A DNA stretch of 64,000 bases from Phoronis australis (Eukaryota; Animalia; Phoronida). Both the position numbers and the translations under genes were made by a program. The notes below the pieces were generated by a model. That model did not search any database. It saw only the letters and a list, made by a program, of their open reading frames with translations, and was not told where the DNA came from. The DNA is taken from assembly GCA_002633005.1 (NCBI GenBank), contig NMRA01000764.1, forward strand, positions 70,048-134,047, written 5' to 3'. Below, one piece after another: positions 25,560 through 36,730 of this stretch (its first letter is position 1; every line of letters starts with the position of its first letter).

Positions 25560-26030
25560 TTGGTTGTGTCTGCCACCCGCTTTTCTATCTCCAAAACTTT
25601 TGATGTTTTTCCATGAAAATTTTCATGTGTTCCTTTCATGGATGGGACGACTTGAGCAAACTTTCGGATGGATACGACTTCCGGTGTGCCCCCTAGTAGC
25701 AGCTTTATTTTTTCACATTTGTCTCTGTATCTTCAAAGGTCCTCATCGTATTTTCATAAAATTTGCAAATAGGTATCAATTAGTGAATGATGCTACCCTC
25801 CCATTTTCGTAAGGATTCAAGATATTTTACGCCTCCTAGTGGAATTTTTACTGCTTTCAGGGTTTGTTTTTGTCGTACGCCTCCACTCCCCTCGAAATCA
25901 ACCAATTCACTCTAAAGATGATTGTGGAAATTGGCATACATGTTCCTACTGTGAAGAAGATGGCTGACAATAATTTTCCAACGACTACTGTGACGACAGT
26001 TTTTTGCACCCACGGCTGTATCTCTTAAAC
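25560..26030 (+). mobile_element. Fragment of the CCTAGTGG HINE-like family
   Basis: ccggtgtgcccctagtag, cctcctagtgg and gatgattgtggaaattggca motifs. Confidence 0.7.
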
Positions 26031-26314
26031 TTCCCTTCTTGAGTTATTAAGATTTTCTGATAACTGCATAGTCACCACATTCGGTGTCATGTGACTATTG
26101 CTACAGTTATCTTTCATGGTCACCAGGGTCATTGTTACCTATTGTAGTGTGTAAGGGAGAAACTTGAGTCACTGAAAAGTTGATTGCATGTAAGGTGGTC
26201 AGGGAGAAGTCATCCAGTCTCCCATGCCTTCCAGCCACCAGTGTGTACAACAGTCCTGTCATTTGACAATCAAACTGGTGATGGCAGTGACAAACACTAT
26301 TAGTTGTATTGCAG

Positions 26315-26488
26315 GCTGAACTGGAGGGTATTACTGCACCAGATGAAGAGGATGTCACAGTTGAAACTAGTGTCACTAATTGTACTAGTGTTATAGAGGA
26401 GCGCCTAACCATGTATGATACAGCAGTAGTTAATGCTAAAACTGCAGGAGAGAGCAGTAAAGTGAAAAGATATGAACGTTCCATCAAG
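26315..26488 (+). CDS. CC2D1: CC2D1 exon 3 (DM14 repeat 1)
   Basis: IEERLTMYDTAVVNAKTAGESSKVKRYERSIK; ttgcag and gtatgt. Confidence 0.95.
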
Positions 26489-27212
26489 GTATGTTCCTTG
26501 TTTCCTTGTTGAGACACTAGGGGTCAGGAAAGGTGAATGTTATAATTAGGTTTGTTCCTTGTTGAGACAGCTATGGCCAGCGCAGATGAATTGGTTTGTT
26601 CTCTGTTGAGACAGTTAGGGCCAGCACCGATGAATGTTACACCAAGGTGCTTTCCTTGTTGAGACACTAGGGACAGCGCAGATGAATTTTGCATCTTTGT
26701 TGAAACAACATAAACACTGATGAATGTCATATGAAGGTATGCTCCCTGAGGAGTCACTAGGGCCAGTGCATATGAAGGTATGCTCCCTGAGGAGTCACTA
26801 GGGCCAGTGCATATGGGAGACAGAGACAATAAAGTTGGTCAGTAATTACATTGAAGATTGTTGTGTCGAGACAACCGATGAGTCTTTTGAACTTAATCAA
26901 CAATTATAAAGTGCAGCATAAACTAGAACATTGTTGCTTTAACAATCAAAACAATTATTCTCCGTGATTTTTTTTAATTTTTGCTCTAACAGAGATTGAA
27001 TGAAGGTTAAAATTAATGTTGTTAAATGTCAATTTCATCAATGTATTTGGTCTATACTTTAAATTAACAGTTTTATATTTATTTTTGACTTGTGTGGTTG
27101 TTTGAAGTGAAAGCTGTTTAGATTATTTTCTATTAGTATTATTTTCCTCATCAAAATTATTTGTTGAATGACTTGAAAGCCACAATGCACTTTTAAATTA
27201 TTATGCTTGTGT

Positions 27213-27690
27213 AATTAGAAAACGGACAATTGCCGCACAAATAAAGAAGTTCGTGTTAACTCAACGTTTCATCTTATTCAACAAGACAACAAGTGTCAAT
27301 TATCATTCAGCACAACACATCCGACAAAAGTAACATCTATAGGCATTGTATGAGCAACAACCATCAAGCCAATTGAGTCAGTATTATTTGTAAAGAACAT
27401 ACTAAGGAATTCTTGTACATCAAGGAGTCATTGGCCATTCAGGATCAGCATGCTACTGATTCTCTCAATAACATGCAGAGCTCAGTGACCCTGCAACTAT
27501 GGTGATGACCCGCTCACTTTCCCTGTATCTCTCTCTCTCATTTCACCACATGGATGTGACTTGACTGGTAATCGATACTTGTTGTCCTACTGTACATATC
27601 CTGATGATGTCTTGTTGAATAAGACGAAACGTTGAGTTAACATGAACTTCTTTATTTGTGCGCGGCAATTGTTCGTTTTGTAATCGAATT
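27213..27690 (+). mobile_element. Penelope-like element 3' relic: GIY-YIG tail with inverted terminal repeat and hammerhead-like core
   Basis: 27302-27505 reads SNIYRHCMSNNH*...YIKESLAIQ...SLNNMQSSVTLQLW*; ctgatga...gaaac near 27601; inverted copy at about 27215-27290. Confidence 0.78.
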
Positions 27691-27898
27691 TGGGCCAAAG
27701 AATGATGGGATTAAGGTTGTGTAGAATCCTAGACAAATGTCCAAATTTGGCCAAAGTTCGGAACATCATGTCTCGGTGATGGTTTGTAGGATTTTATGAA
27801 ACTTTCAGATACGTTTTGCAGGTAAGAAGACTTATGGCTACCAAATGGTTGGACTTGTATGATATTCATAAAAAGCTCTAAGTTGTTGATGATTGCAG

Positions 27899-27992
27899 AT
27901 ATTAAAAGATCAGTTAAAGAAAGCCAAGTCTGGTCAGCCTGTTGATGAGAATGAGATCCCTCCTGCTGTTCATGTGGGTAAACCTGCACCAG
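27899..27992 (+). CDS. CC2D1: CC2D1 exon 4 (ILKDQLKKAKSGQPVDENEIPPAVHVGKPAP)
   Basis: End of DM14-1 (G.PVDE..IPP); ttgcag and gtgagt. Confidence 0.93.
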
Positions 27993-28423
27993 GTGAGTAC
28001 CTGCACCAGGTGAGTGTTAATGATGCAGATNNNNNNNNNNNNNNNNNNNNNNNNNNNNNNNNNNNNNNNNNNNNNNNNNNNNNNNNNNNNNNNNNNNNNN
28101 NNNNNNNNNNNNNNNNNNNNNNNNNNNNNNNNNNNNNNNNNNNNNNNNNNNNNNNNNNNNNNNNNNNNNNNNNNNNNNNNNNNNNNNNNNNNNNNNNNNN
28201 NNNNNNNNNNNNNNNNNNNNNNNNNNNNNNNNNNNNNNNNNNNNNNNNNNNNNNNNNNNNNNNNNNNNNNNNNNNNNNNNNNNNNNNNNNNNNNNNNNNN
28301 NNNNNNNNNNNNNNNNNNNNNNNNNNNNNNNCTGTAATCACCCTTCCACCACCATCTCCAGCCACTGTAATAATACTTCCACCACCATCTCTAGCCCCTG
28401 TAACCTTCTATTCTCTTTGGCAG

Positions 28424-28540
28424 CACAAACAGCTCCACCACCATCTGTACCAGCCGTTAGTTCTGTACCAGCCGTTAGTTCAGTACCAGCCGATAGTTCT
28501 GTACAGCAGCCTACTCAAACACAACGTGCAGCGGATAAAG
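28424..28540 (+). CDS. CC2D1: CC2D1 exon 5 (P/S-rich linker)
   Basis: Phase 1-1, AQTAPPPSVPAVSS...ADK; ggcag and gtgatt. Confidence 0.72.
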
Positions 28541-29129
28541 GTGATTATTTCTTCCATGTCTATAGCAACTACTCAACACCATACAATCCTTTCTCTCTCT
28601 GTTTGCTCATGCACTTCCAATAGTCACTTGGTCAGTTTTCCTTGTAGTAGTGAGAAGATTTAGTTGTTTATATTAGAACTGTGCAATCGCTCTGTTTCAT
28701 TTTTTTCTGATTCCTTTTCCTTAGTCGGATTCCAAGTATTTTGATTCTTTCTTATCAGGATGCTGTGTCTTGTTATACTAAATTTACATTTCAGTATTAA
28801 TATTTCTGAATAATTTTTTAATTATGTCAAAATGCTCACCCTAAAACTGCAGTAAGCTATTTATGGTAGTGGGTATCAGCCATTATTGTTATGGCTTGCA
28901 AACATGTCGCAACCTTTTTTCGTGGGATGTGAACGTAAATGCAGACAAATTTTCAAGACCGGTTTTTCCTATTTTATTACTTCAAATACAAAACTGAGTT
29001 TATAATTGGAACATAAATTTCTGTTTTGCATGTTATACGTATTATAAAAAAAGATAATTGCAGGCGGTCTGCCCTGGTACACGCAGGCCACGTATGTGGG
29101 CCCATTGCACTGATCACCTGGAAATATTT

Positions 29130-29280
29130 TTGTTCTTTATTAATATATAGTTAAAACCGAGCTGAGGAGCTCATATCTAGAAACCTGACTCAAGGGTCTA
29201 GCAGTGTGGCCCAGTGGGACTGGAACCCACGACCTCGAGTAAAGAAGGCAGGCACCATCACACTAGGCCACACTGCGACC
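29130..29280 (-). mobile_element. tRNA-derived SINE
   Basis: Minus strand gtggcctagtgatgg (A box) and gggttccagtccc (B box), followed by a body also seen at 23680. Confidence 0.65.
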
Positions 29281-29317
29281 TCATATATATATTAAGTACT
29301 TTATTCTTTTTCTTCAG

Positions 29318-29436
29318 CAGACACACAGACTCATTCTATGTTGACCAGTCGCCGTGATCAGTATAAAGAAGCAGCCTTACAAGCCAAACATGCGGGAGAC
29401 ATGGAGACAGCTAAATCACATGTCAGAATAGCCAAG
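29318..29436 (+). CDS. CC2D1: CC2D1 exon 6 (DM14 repeat 2)
   Basis: LTSRRDQYKEAALQAKHAGDMETAKSHVRIAK; cagcag (NAGNAG) acceptor, gtaggg donor. Confidence 0.94.
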
Positions 29437-29829
29437 GTAGGGTCAGAGTTCAAGTAACAGGTTTGAGTAAACAAATTAGGGCAACAGGTAAGGTCACATG
29501 CCAGTGTAGCCAAGGTCAAGTCAGAGGTCAGGTTACGTCAGTGGACCTAGGGTTGAGTCAGAGGTCACGTCACAGGTCAGAGTAGCAACTATGGCAGTCA
29601 GAGGTCAAGTCACATAGCCATAGCGGGGTCAGAGGTCATCTCACAAATTAAAGTAGTGAAAGTAAGGCCAGATTTCTTGTGAATTTGCTTAAAGATAAAG
29701 TCAGAAGTTAAGTAACTTGACTGTGTACCTATAGTATGGTCAGAGGTCAGATTACATGTCACTGTAGCTAGCTTAAGGTCAGAGGCATGTCACATGTCAG
29801 AGTAGCAACTGAGGTAGTGAGCTAGCTTT

Positions 29830-30540
29830 ATGAAGACTGTCGTCAAAATACAGCTAGGTACCACTATGTGTATTTCTTCCGTAGACCCCGAAATTGCACA
29901 CAGCCAGGGTAGCTCTGCTGGTCACCTCTCTGTGAAACTTACATCAACGTGTAAAGCTAAAGACCGGACGGGGTGCATGCAAAATCTGGGAATCAACCGA
30001 CACTCACCTTGCCCGTTACAGCCATTTAAGTGAAAAACATTGCAATAAATGTCATTTTCTTGCGTAACTCTCCGCCTTTTCTAACAATGAAAAGTGTGTC
30101 GCCGTTTTGAAAAAGTACACTTGTGTCACGCGCACGCGCCATTTCCTAAATTTTTGCGACATCTCTCGGGAGATGATGATAGCTTGGCAGCATCAAATTT
30201 CTTCTGAAATATGGTTTTTCGGTATCAAAATTCTAAAAACTTATAATGAAGTGAAACCAGTTCCAATAATTTGAACAGTTGATTGAAGAATCTCTGAAAA
30301 AATAAACTGGCCAATAGGTGACACAATATTTCATGGCGCCGAAAGCCGTCACTAAAAATCGCTCCATAACTTTAGCAGCAGAAAAACGGTAGAACGCCAT
30401 TTTTTCCAACTCCGTTAATTATTTTAGTTTACTCAAGGAAGAATGTCGCTAAGTTTGTGTCAAATTTTATCTTACCACTTTTTTACCCACATCAGTGCAG
30501 AGCTGTATATTTAGTATACAGCTTTGTTCCATGGCTACAA
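29830..30540 (-). mobile_element. Dispersed repeat related to 22440-22870
   Basis: tttacccacatcagtg...gctgtatatttagtatac and cgcgccatttcctaaattt are reverse complements of motifs at about 22460-22495 and 22840-22860. Confidence 0.6.
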
Positions 30541-31063
30541 CTGAGGCTGAGTTGGAAGTGAAATCCCATGTTACACTAGTATAAGTAAGGTCTGAGTTCA
30601 AGCCACATTTCATAAAAGTAAGGTCACATGTCTAGTTACATGTCAAGTCACATGTCAAATCACGTGTCAAGTCACATGTCAGATTGGTCAATAGAGGGTC
30701 TGAGGTCAAGGTGCACTTCTGAGTACCTAGTTTGTATTGTCATTATTGTATGTAGTACACAATATGGTGGACAAGTAAGTTTTTCACCAGACAACAAAAG
30801 TTTTGAGCTGTTACTGATATGTAGAGAGTTTTGTAAATTAACTAGAAAAATGGCTGTTTTAAATTTTTTAGTAATTTATTATTTCTTTGCCAAATTGAGG
30901 AATGTTCATTGCAGATAGATGAAGTGAGGTGCACTTAATTAATGCTGACTGACCTCCAAGGTAACCATTCTCCACATATGACTGTTGTACTTGTCATATT
31001 TTTTATTTGCTCTCAAAGTAGTTTTTATTTCTATTTTGTGTAATTATGTTCTACTTGTTCTAG

Positions 31064-31238
31064 CAATTTGATACTGTTCTCCAAGCACTAGAAGAAGGCA
31101 AAGAGATTGATCTATCCCAAATGCCACCTCCACCATCAGCTGTCAGTAAGGGCCCCCGCTCACCCCCCAAAACAGAGAGAGCTTCTGCCCAGGCTAGTAG
31201 TGAAGTGCCTCAAAATCTGCCAGAATTCACAGAGCAGG
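31064..31238 (+). CDS. CC2D1: CC2D1 exon 7 (QFDTVLQALEEGKEIDLSQMPPPP...)
   Basis: End of DM14-2; ttctag and gtacgt; phase 0 to 1. Confidence 0.93.
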
Positions 31239-31779
31239 GTACGTAGAAGTCTTGCACGCCTGATGGTGCAGTTCACTCCTGACAATATGGTGCACCTCTG
31301 ATATTTAGGTGCACATCTGGTGGTGTGGCTCTTTTCATGTGGTGTTGGTGTTGGGTACCAGTGATCACATTTTGTTTATTAAAGTTGATAATATTCAAAG
31401 AAATGTCAGCACAAACTTTGAAGATAATCAAACAGAAACTTTGATTATTTTACCACTGCTGTTTTTTCAAACTTTTATCTGTGAGGAAAGAATTCTTGCA
31501 AACACTGTTTCCTTCATCTTGTCCACACAGATGTTAGCATTGCCAGGAATACTCAATTTTCTTTTGAACAATAATTGTCTTATGCAATTGGGAATGATGA
31601 CACACAGAGTTACTATAAATGAAATGGTTCTCCTTTTTATGTGCCCTGCACATGTATGTCTGTTAGCACTTATTGTAGTCATCTCTGTCCGTATGGTGAA
31701 TATTTGGGAAATTATGCAGACGCGTTCCTCTCGTGTGTGGGATATCTGGAGCCAAATTTGGGACGGTCTTGACAACTGT

Positions 31780-32760
31780 AGTGATCCCAATTGGCACTAT
31801 CGGTTCTTATGTTAGCCTTTGTTCCTTCGGAGCTTTTTGACAGCTTTAATGAAATTTCGTTAATGGGTTTCTATTGAGGAGGTAAGAACACCTGCCCATT
31901 TTCAGATGTGTGCTGTGTCTCACAGAGGTCATTTTTATTCTTTCGGGGTCTCTAATGATCAGTTTGACAGATATGTCCCTATTGAGATGAGCATGGCTGA
32001 CTTTAAGTTTTGAAACAGGCCATTTACTGTGGTGTGCCCTAGTGGTAAAAAGTTTCACGATCAATGTTCATGAAAGTTGGCGTATGTTTTACAGTTTAGG
32101 AGAGTGTCGCTGACTTTGATTTTGGGACGAGTCCGCGTGCTGTAACGTCACCTAGTGGCAAGTTAGCTATTTCCGTGCACCTAAATTTCTGCAAAGTTCC
32201 TTTTTGGTGGAGGTTAATGAATGAAGTTTTCAACGAAGAAATGACTACCGATTGCGTTCCCCTAGGGGCTCTTTTGATTACCTAGTGTCATCCACTTCCC
32301 TATATTTTAATGCACTTGAAGACTGACCATGACAGTTGGCTGCTCCGACTACTGCGGGGTCCCCTAGTGGCAATTATGTTTTTTGTGCCTGCTTCAACAT
32401 TACCAAGCTCCTTGACAGATCTATGTAAAGATTGTCAATATGTGTTCCAATTTAGGATGGAATTGATGTTAATGTTCAAACAAATCTGTTTAGTGCTGTG
32501 CCCCCTATTGGCAATTTTTTTTTGGTATTCAGCTGTTACTTCACTGAAGTGGTTAAAAGTGCTTGAGCCATTTTTGAGTAATTAGAATTTATAATGTTCT
32601 ATTATCTAATTTTCGTACAAATGTCATGGGTGCTCCTTTTTGTGGTAATGAATTTTTTTTTTACTGTGATCTAATGGCTTGTTTGGTGTGAGCAGAATTC
32701 ATTAGTAAGAAGATTCGCCCGCCAAGTTCCTGTTGACGTGCTTGGTGCCCTCTGGATGCT
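31780..32760 (+). mobile_element. Old CCTAGTGG-type HINE-like relic
   Basis: Degenerate ccctagtgg motifs at about 32038, 32151 and 32362. Confidence 0.55.
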
Positions 32761-33281
32761 ATTTTAAGTTTTACTATTTAATGGTACCTCTACTGGGAAT
32801 GTTTTTATTGTCTTGTGTATGCGCTGTATGTGATGCACACAGTGGGAGAATAACAATAGTCTGTATTGTGTGTGATGCAAACAGTGACTGCATATCAACA
32901 CTGCTATGTGCAATGCACATGTTGAATGCATATCAACACTCTGCATTGTATGTGATGCACACGGTGGGTGCATGTCAATTCTGAGGGTTCCTCTTGTTTC
33001 TGCCTGCAGTGGATTTCAAAAGATATTCAACATTTAGTCCTATAAAAGACCAGACAAATATTCTTTATTGCATGCTTTTGTAAGCTATAATAATTCTAGA
33101 TAACAAATGTGTTAAATGTTGTGTGTTATCAAACGTTTTTCATGTCTGCTGTTAACATTGTGAATGAGCGTGACTGTTCTTGACATGATTCACTCAGCAT
33201 GTGTGCTGTTAGTCAAGTGTAGGCATTATGGAGTACAATTGTGTTGTACAACAACAATCAGACCATATCCTGCCGTTGTAG

Positions 33282-33418
33282 AACTGAAGGATAAGTTTAA
33301 TGTCCCTGGTCCTCCCAAGACAGTGATGGAGGCATTGGAACAAAGAATGTCCAAGTACCAGCAAACTATGCAGTCTTCTGAAGGCAGCAAAGCAAGAAGA
33401 TATGGAAGGATAGTTAAG
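33282..33418 (+). CDS. CC2D1: CC2D1 exon 8 (DM14 repeat 3)
   Basis: PPKTVMEALEQRMSKYQ...SKARRYGRIVK; ttgtag and gttagt. Confidence 0.95.
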
Positions 33419-34321
33419 GTTAGTAGTCTAAACAGAGTTATGATTGATCAAAGCCATCTCGGTGATTCACTTAGGGTGAGTGAGACTGGCCTGTACTTTA
33501 AGACCTGGATGCATGCAACCAACTCTACACTAAGCAATAATGCATGCCACCCCCCCATCAGTTAATATAGAAGGCACTCAATTCATGCCACCCTCTACCA
33601 GGTAATATAGAAGGCACTCAATGCATGCCACAGTTTTTCAATTAATGCAGAAGACACCTAATTCATGCCATCCTCCACCAAGCAATCAAGATGGCACTCG
33701 ATGTATGTAATTCTTCACCAAGTGATATAGAAGGTACTCCATAGATGTAAACCTTAACTACCATGTGATTCAACCTAAATGACTTGTTGTAAGTACTAGC
33801 CTATAATGTAATTTGCATTACGTGGCTTCCCTTTTATCATTGGTCGAGTTGAAGTTTGTTTGAGAATGACTAACCAGTGAAAAACATGCTTACCTGACTT
33901 AGCATACTAGGATATCAGCTGCTAAAGTAGGTTCAAAGACAAATGAATTTCAAGGAATTAGGCTGCATTTAGAAAATGAAAAGGGAATTTTCAGAGAACC
34001 TAGGCACCTACAACATTTTGGTTTATTTGAAATATCCCAAACCAAGATTTGCTATAAGCTCATTGACCGCACTTTTGGTTTAACAAGATATGAACCAATC
34101 TTTTGAGTGTTTCAGAAATTTGTGCAAGTTTTCTCGTGCATACAACAGATTTAGAATACGAGGGTAACAAATTTTGTACCAAACAGTTTGACAACTCAGA
34201 CATGCACTATCAGTGAATCTTTCTTACCCAACTCATTGACCTAGATGAAAGCTATTTAGCTGTAGAGAGTTAAAAATTCAGAACATACATTCATTCATCA
34301 GATTTTATATCTTTCTTGCAG

Positions 34322-34394
34322 CAATATCAAGATGCCATCAAAGCTCACAAAGCAGGAAAACCATTTGATTATGAAGAATTACCTACACCCCCTG
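34322..34394 (+). CDS. CC2D1: CC2D1 exon 9 (QYQDAIKAHKAGKPFDYEELPTPPG)
   Basis: Conserved end of DM14-3; ttgcag and gtgagt. Confidence 0.95.
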
Positions 34395-34777
34395 GTGAGT
34401 GGAATATTTACTCATTGTTTCTTGTTTTTTTTTTCTTTGTCTGAAAGTTAAAGTTGAATTTAAAAACTGCTCTAACTTGACCTTCTACACATGACTCTTA
34501 TTGTCCTCAATTATTTACAAAATGATCAAAGAACAGGTGGTAATAGTCTCACACATCACAGTCATGTTGTCAGGTGCTTATAGTCTCACACATCACAGTC
34601 ATGTTTTCAGTCATAACTATAGGTCATGTGATGTGACTAATATATGGCGTGAAAGATTTGTTATACGATAGTCACAACAGATCAATGCTCTCATTCATGT
34701 ACGATTTATTATAGGTGAGGTGTTGTGACCAATATATGGCATGTGAGATAGTAATAATTCATAGTCATAACAGATCA

Positions 34778-35070
34778 ACTCTCTGATTGATGATACTTAC
34801 TACCTTCAGGTCCCCCCCCTATACCTGGATAGTCACCTCTCTGATTCATGATACCTATTACCTTCAGGTTTCCCCCCCTATACCTGGACAGTCACCTCCC
34901 TGATTCATGATACCTATTACCTTCAGGTTTCCCCCCTATACCTGGACAGTCACCTCTCTGATTCATGATACCTATTACCTTCAGGTTTCCCCCCTATACC
35001 TGGACAGTCACCTCTCTGATTCATGATACCTGTTACCTTCAGGTTTCCCCCCTATACCTGGACAGTCACC
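34778..35070 (+). repeat. 58-bp tandem repeat of an acceptor/exon junction (5 copies)
   Basis: ctctgattcatgatacctattaccttcag|gtttcccccctatacctggacagtcac; AG ends at 34809, 34867, 34926, 34984, 35042. Confidence 0.95.
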
Positions 35071-35192
35071 TGCTAAACCAGCTCCTACTGCAAGTGCTCC
35101 CTCAACATCTACAGCTGCTGTGTCAACAGGAGGTCACACGTTGCCTCCTCCTAGGTCATCAGGTAGCCAGAAGACTGCAGCACCGCCTCGTG
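35043..35192 (+). CDS. CC2D1: CC2D1 exon 10 (GFPPIPGQSP...AAPPR)
   Basis: Completes the conserved PPGFPPIPG motif; phase 1-1; gtaggt donor. Confidence 0.88.
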
Positions 35193-35609
35193 GTAGGTAT
35201 AGTTACTAACGCATAGCAAGTGAATTAATGCACATCTGATGATGCCATGTATAACACAAGTAAAACTCATTACTGTTTTACTGTAGCTAAGTTTGGTATT
35301 ACTCTCGGTGAATTACTTGGTTTGAGAGAGTGGATATTCTGAGGCATCTCGTTGATGACTGGTCACATGACAGCTGGTGCGGAGATTTTGAATCATGTGC
35401 TTCAAGATTTGGGATCAACATTACGTCTCATAATTTAGCATGTGAAGGTTCTGTAAGTTGTAAATTAGTAATCATTGTCAGATGTGTTGGAAATAAAAGC
35501 ACTGTGTTGCAAACGTATCCATCTTGCAGATCTTTATACAAAAATTCCTTACAATGTAAAAGTATAGTCTTTAAAATGAATTTGTCCTGAGGACAATTAA
35601 GGACAATTT

Positions 35610-35868
35610 AGTCACCCTGTGACAAGTGTTTGTTTTGTACTAAATCCTAGTCTTGAATGCTTGTCTCGGGCAGTCGCCGTGTGACAAGTGTTTATTTTGT
35701 ATGTAACTCCTAGTATATTCTCTGCTTTGTCTCGGGCAGTCGCCATGTGACAAGTGTTTATTCTGTATGTAACTCCTAGTATTCTCTGCTTGTCTAGGAC
35801 AGTCACCGTGTGACAAATGTTTTATCTCTATATAACTCCTGGTCTTTTATGCTTGTCTAGGCCAGCCG
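35610..35868 (+). repeat. ~64-bp tandem repeat ending in the exon 11 acceptor
   Basis: cagtcgccgtgtgacaagtgtttatt...gcttgtct repeated 4 times. Confidence 0.85.
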
Positions 35869-36009
35869 GCTAAGAAGAAGCCCCACTCTCTTCATGAGCA
35901 ACAAGAACAGTTCCTTGTGCAGAGACAGAACCAGTTCAAGGCCGCAGCACTTCAGGCAAAAAAGTCAGGAAACTTACAGCAGGCAAAGACTTACTTGAGA
36001 ATGGCAAAA
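35861..36009 (+). CDS. CC2D1: CC2D1 exon 11 (DM14 repeat 4)
   Basis: EQQEQFLVQRQNQFKAAALQAKKSGNLQQAKTYLRMAK; gtctag and gtaggt. Confidence 0.95.
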
Positions 36010-36631
36010 GTAGGTTGACTATCCGTCATGCAACAGGGATTACCAGTATTCACTTCATGCAACAGGGATTAGCACTATTCAAATATATTTAATTATTATA
36101 CGATCGAAAATTCAGCAATATTTCAGATTAGCATTTTAATGTTTACTTGAGATTTCTGTCACCTAAGTTGTTATTTTGTTATTTTTTTTTTAAATTTCTG
36201 CATCATGTCACGGCACTCGGACACAACTTGATTGAAACTAGTCTACCTCTAATTGGTTCTGGATCAGTCAAATACACTTCTGAGATACATTCAAATTGTC
36301 TTTTGGTATAGTATAATATTATTAATAGTACTAGGTGTTCTCCAAGATCATCCCATCGCATCAGAGGTTTGGTATATTGTTCACTCAGAAGAGCTCATTT
36401 TAAAATGTTTTTGAAAGAAATGTTAGTTGCCATAAAAGAAGTAAGCTCCTCACCTATATTCTACTGTAATGTATTCATTGAAAAGTAAGTCACACTCTTT
36501 TATTGGTTTTGTTGTAAGGAAACGTGAGAGAGCACTGCTTGTCAATAGTCCAAGCCACCGATACATCTGTTTAGGTACCCCTCTGCAAGTAGTTCACATA
36601 CCAATGACACACACTCATTGCTTCATTACAG

Positions 36632-36688
36632 GGATTTGATCCAATGATACAAGCTGCCCAGTCTGGTCTGCCTGTAGATCTCAGTAAA
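36632..36688 (+). CDS. CC2D1: CC2D1 exon 12 (GFDPMIQAAQSGLPVDLSK)
   Basis: End of DM14-4 (GLPVD); ttacag and gtgagt. Confidence 0.94.
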
Positions 36689-36730
36689 GTGAGTGTGGCC
36701 CATTTTTGATTTAATTTGTTGACTTTAACA

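Noticed and set aside
29200-29280. Possible tRNA gene
   Set aside because: A and B boxes are present but no convincing cloverleaf, and it continues into a dispersed repeat body, so SINE fits better
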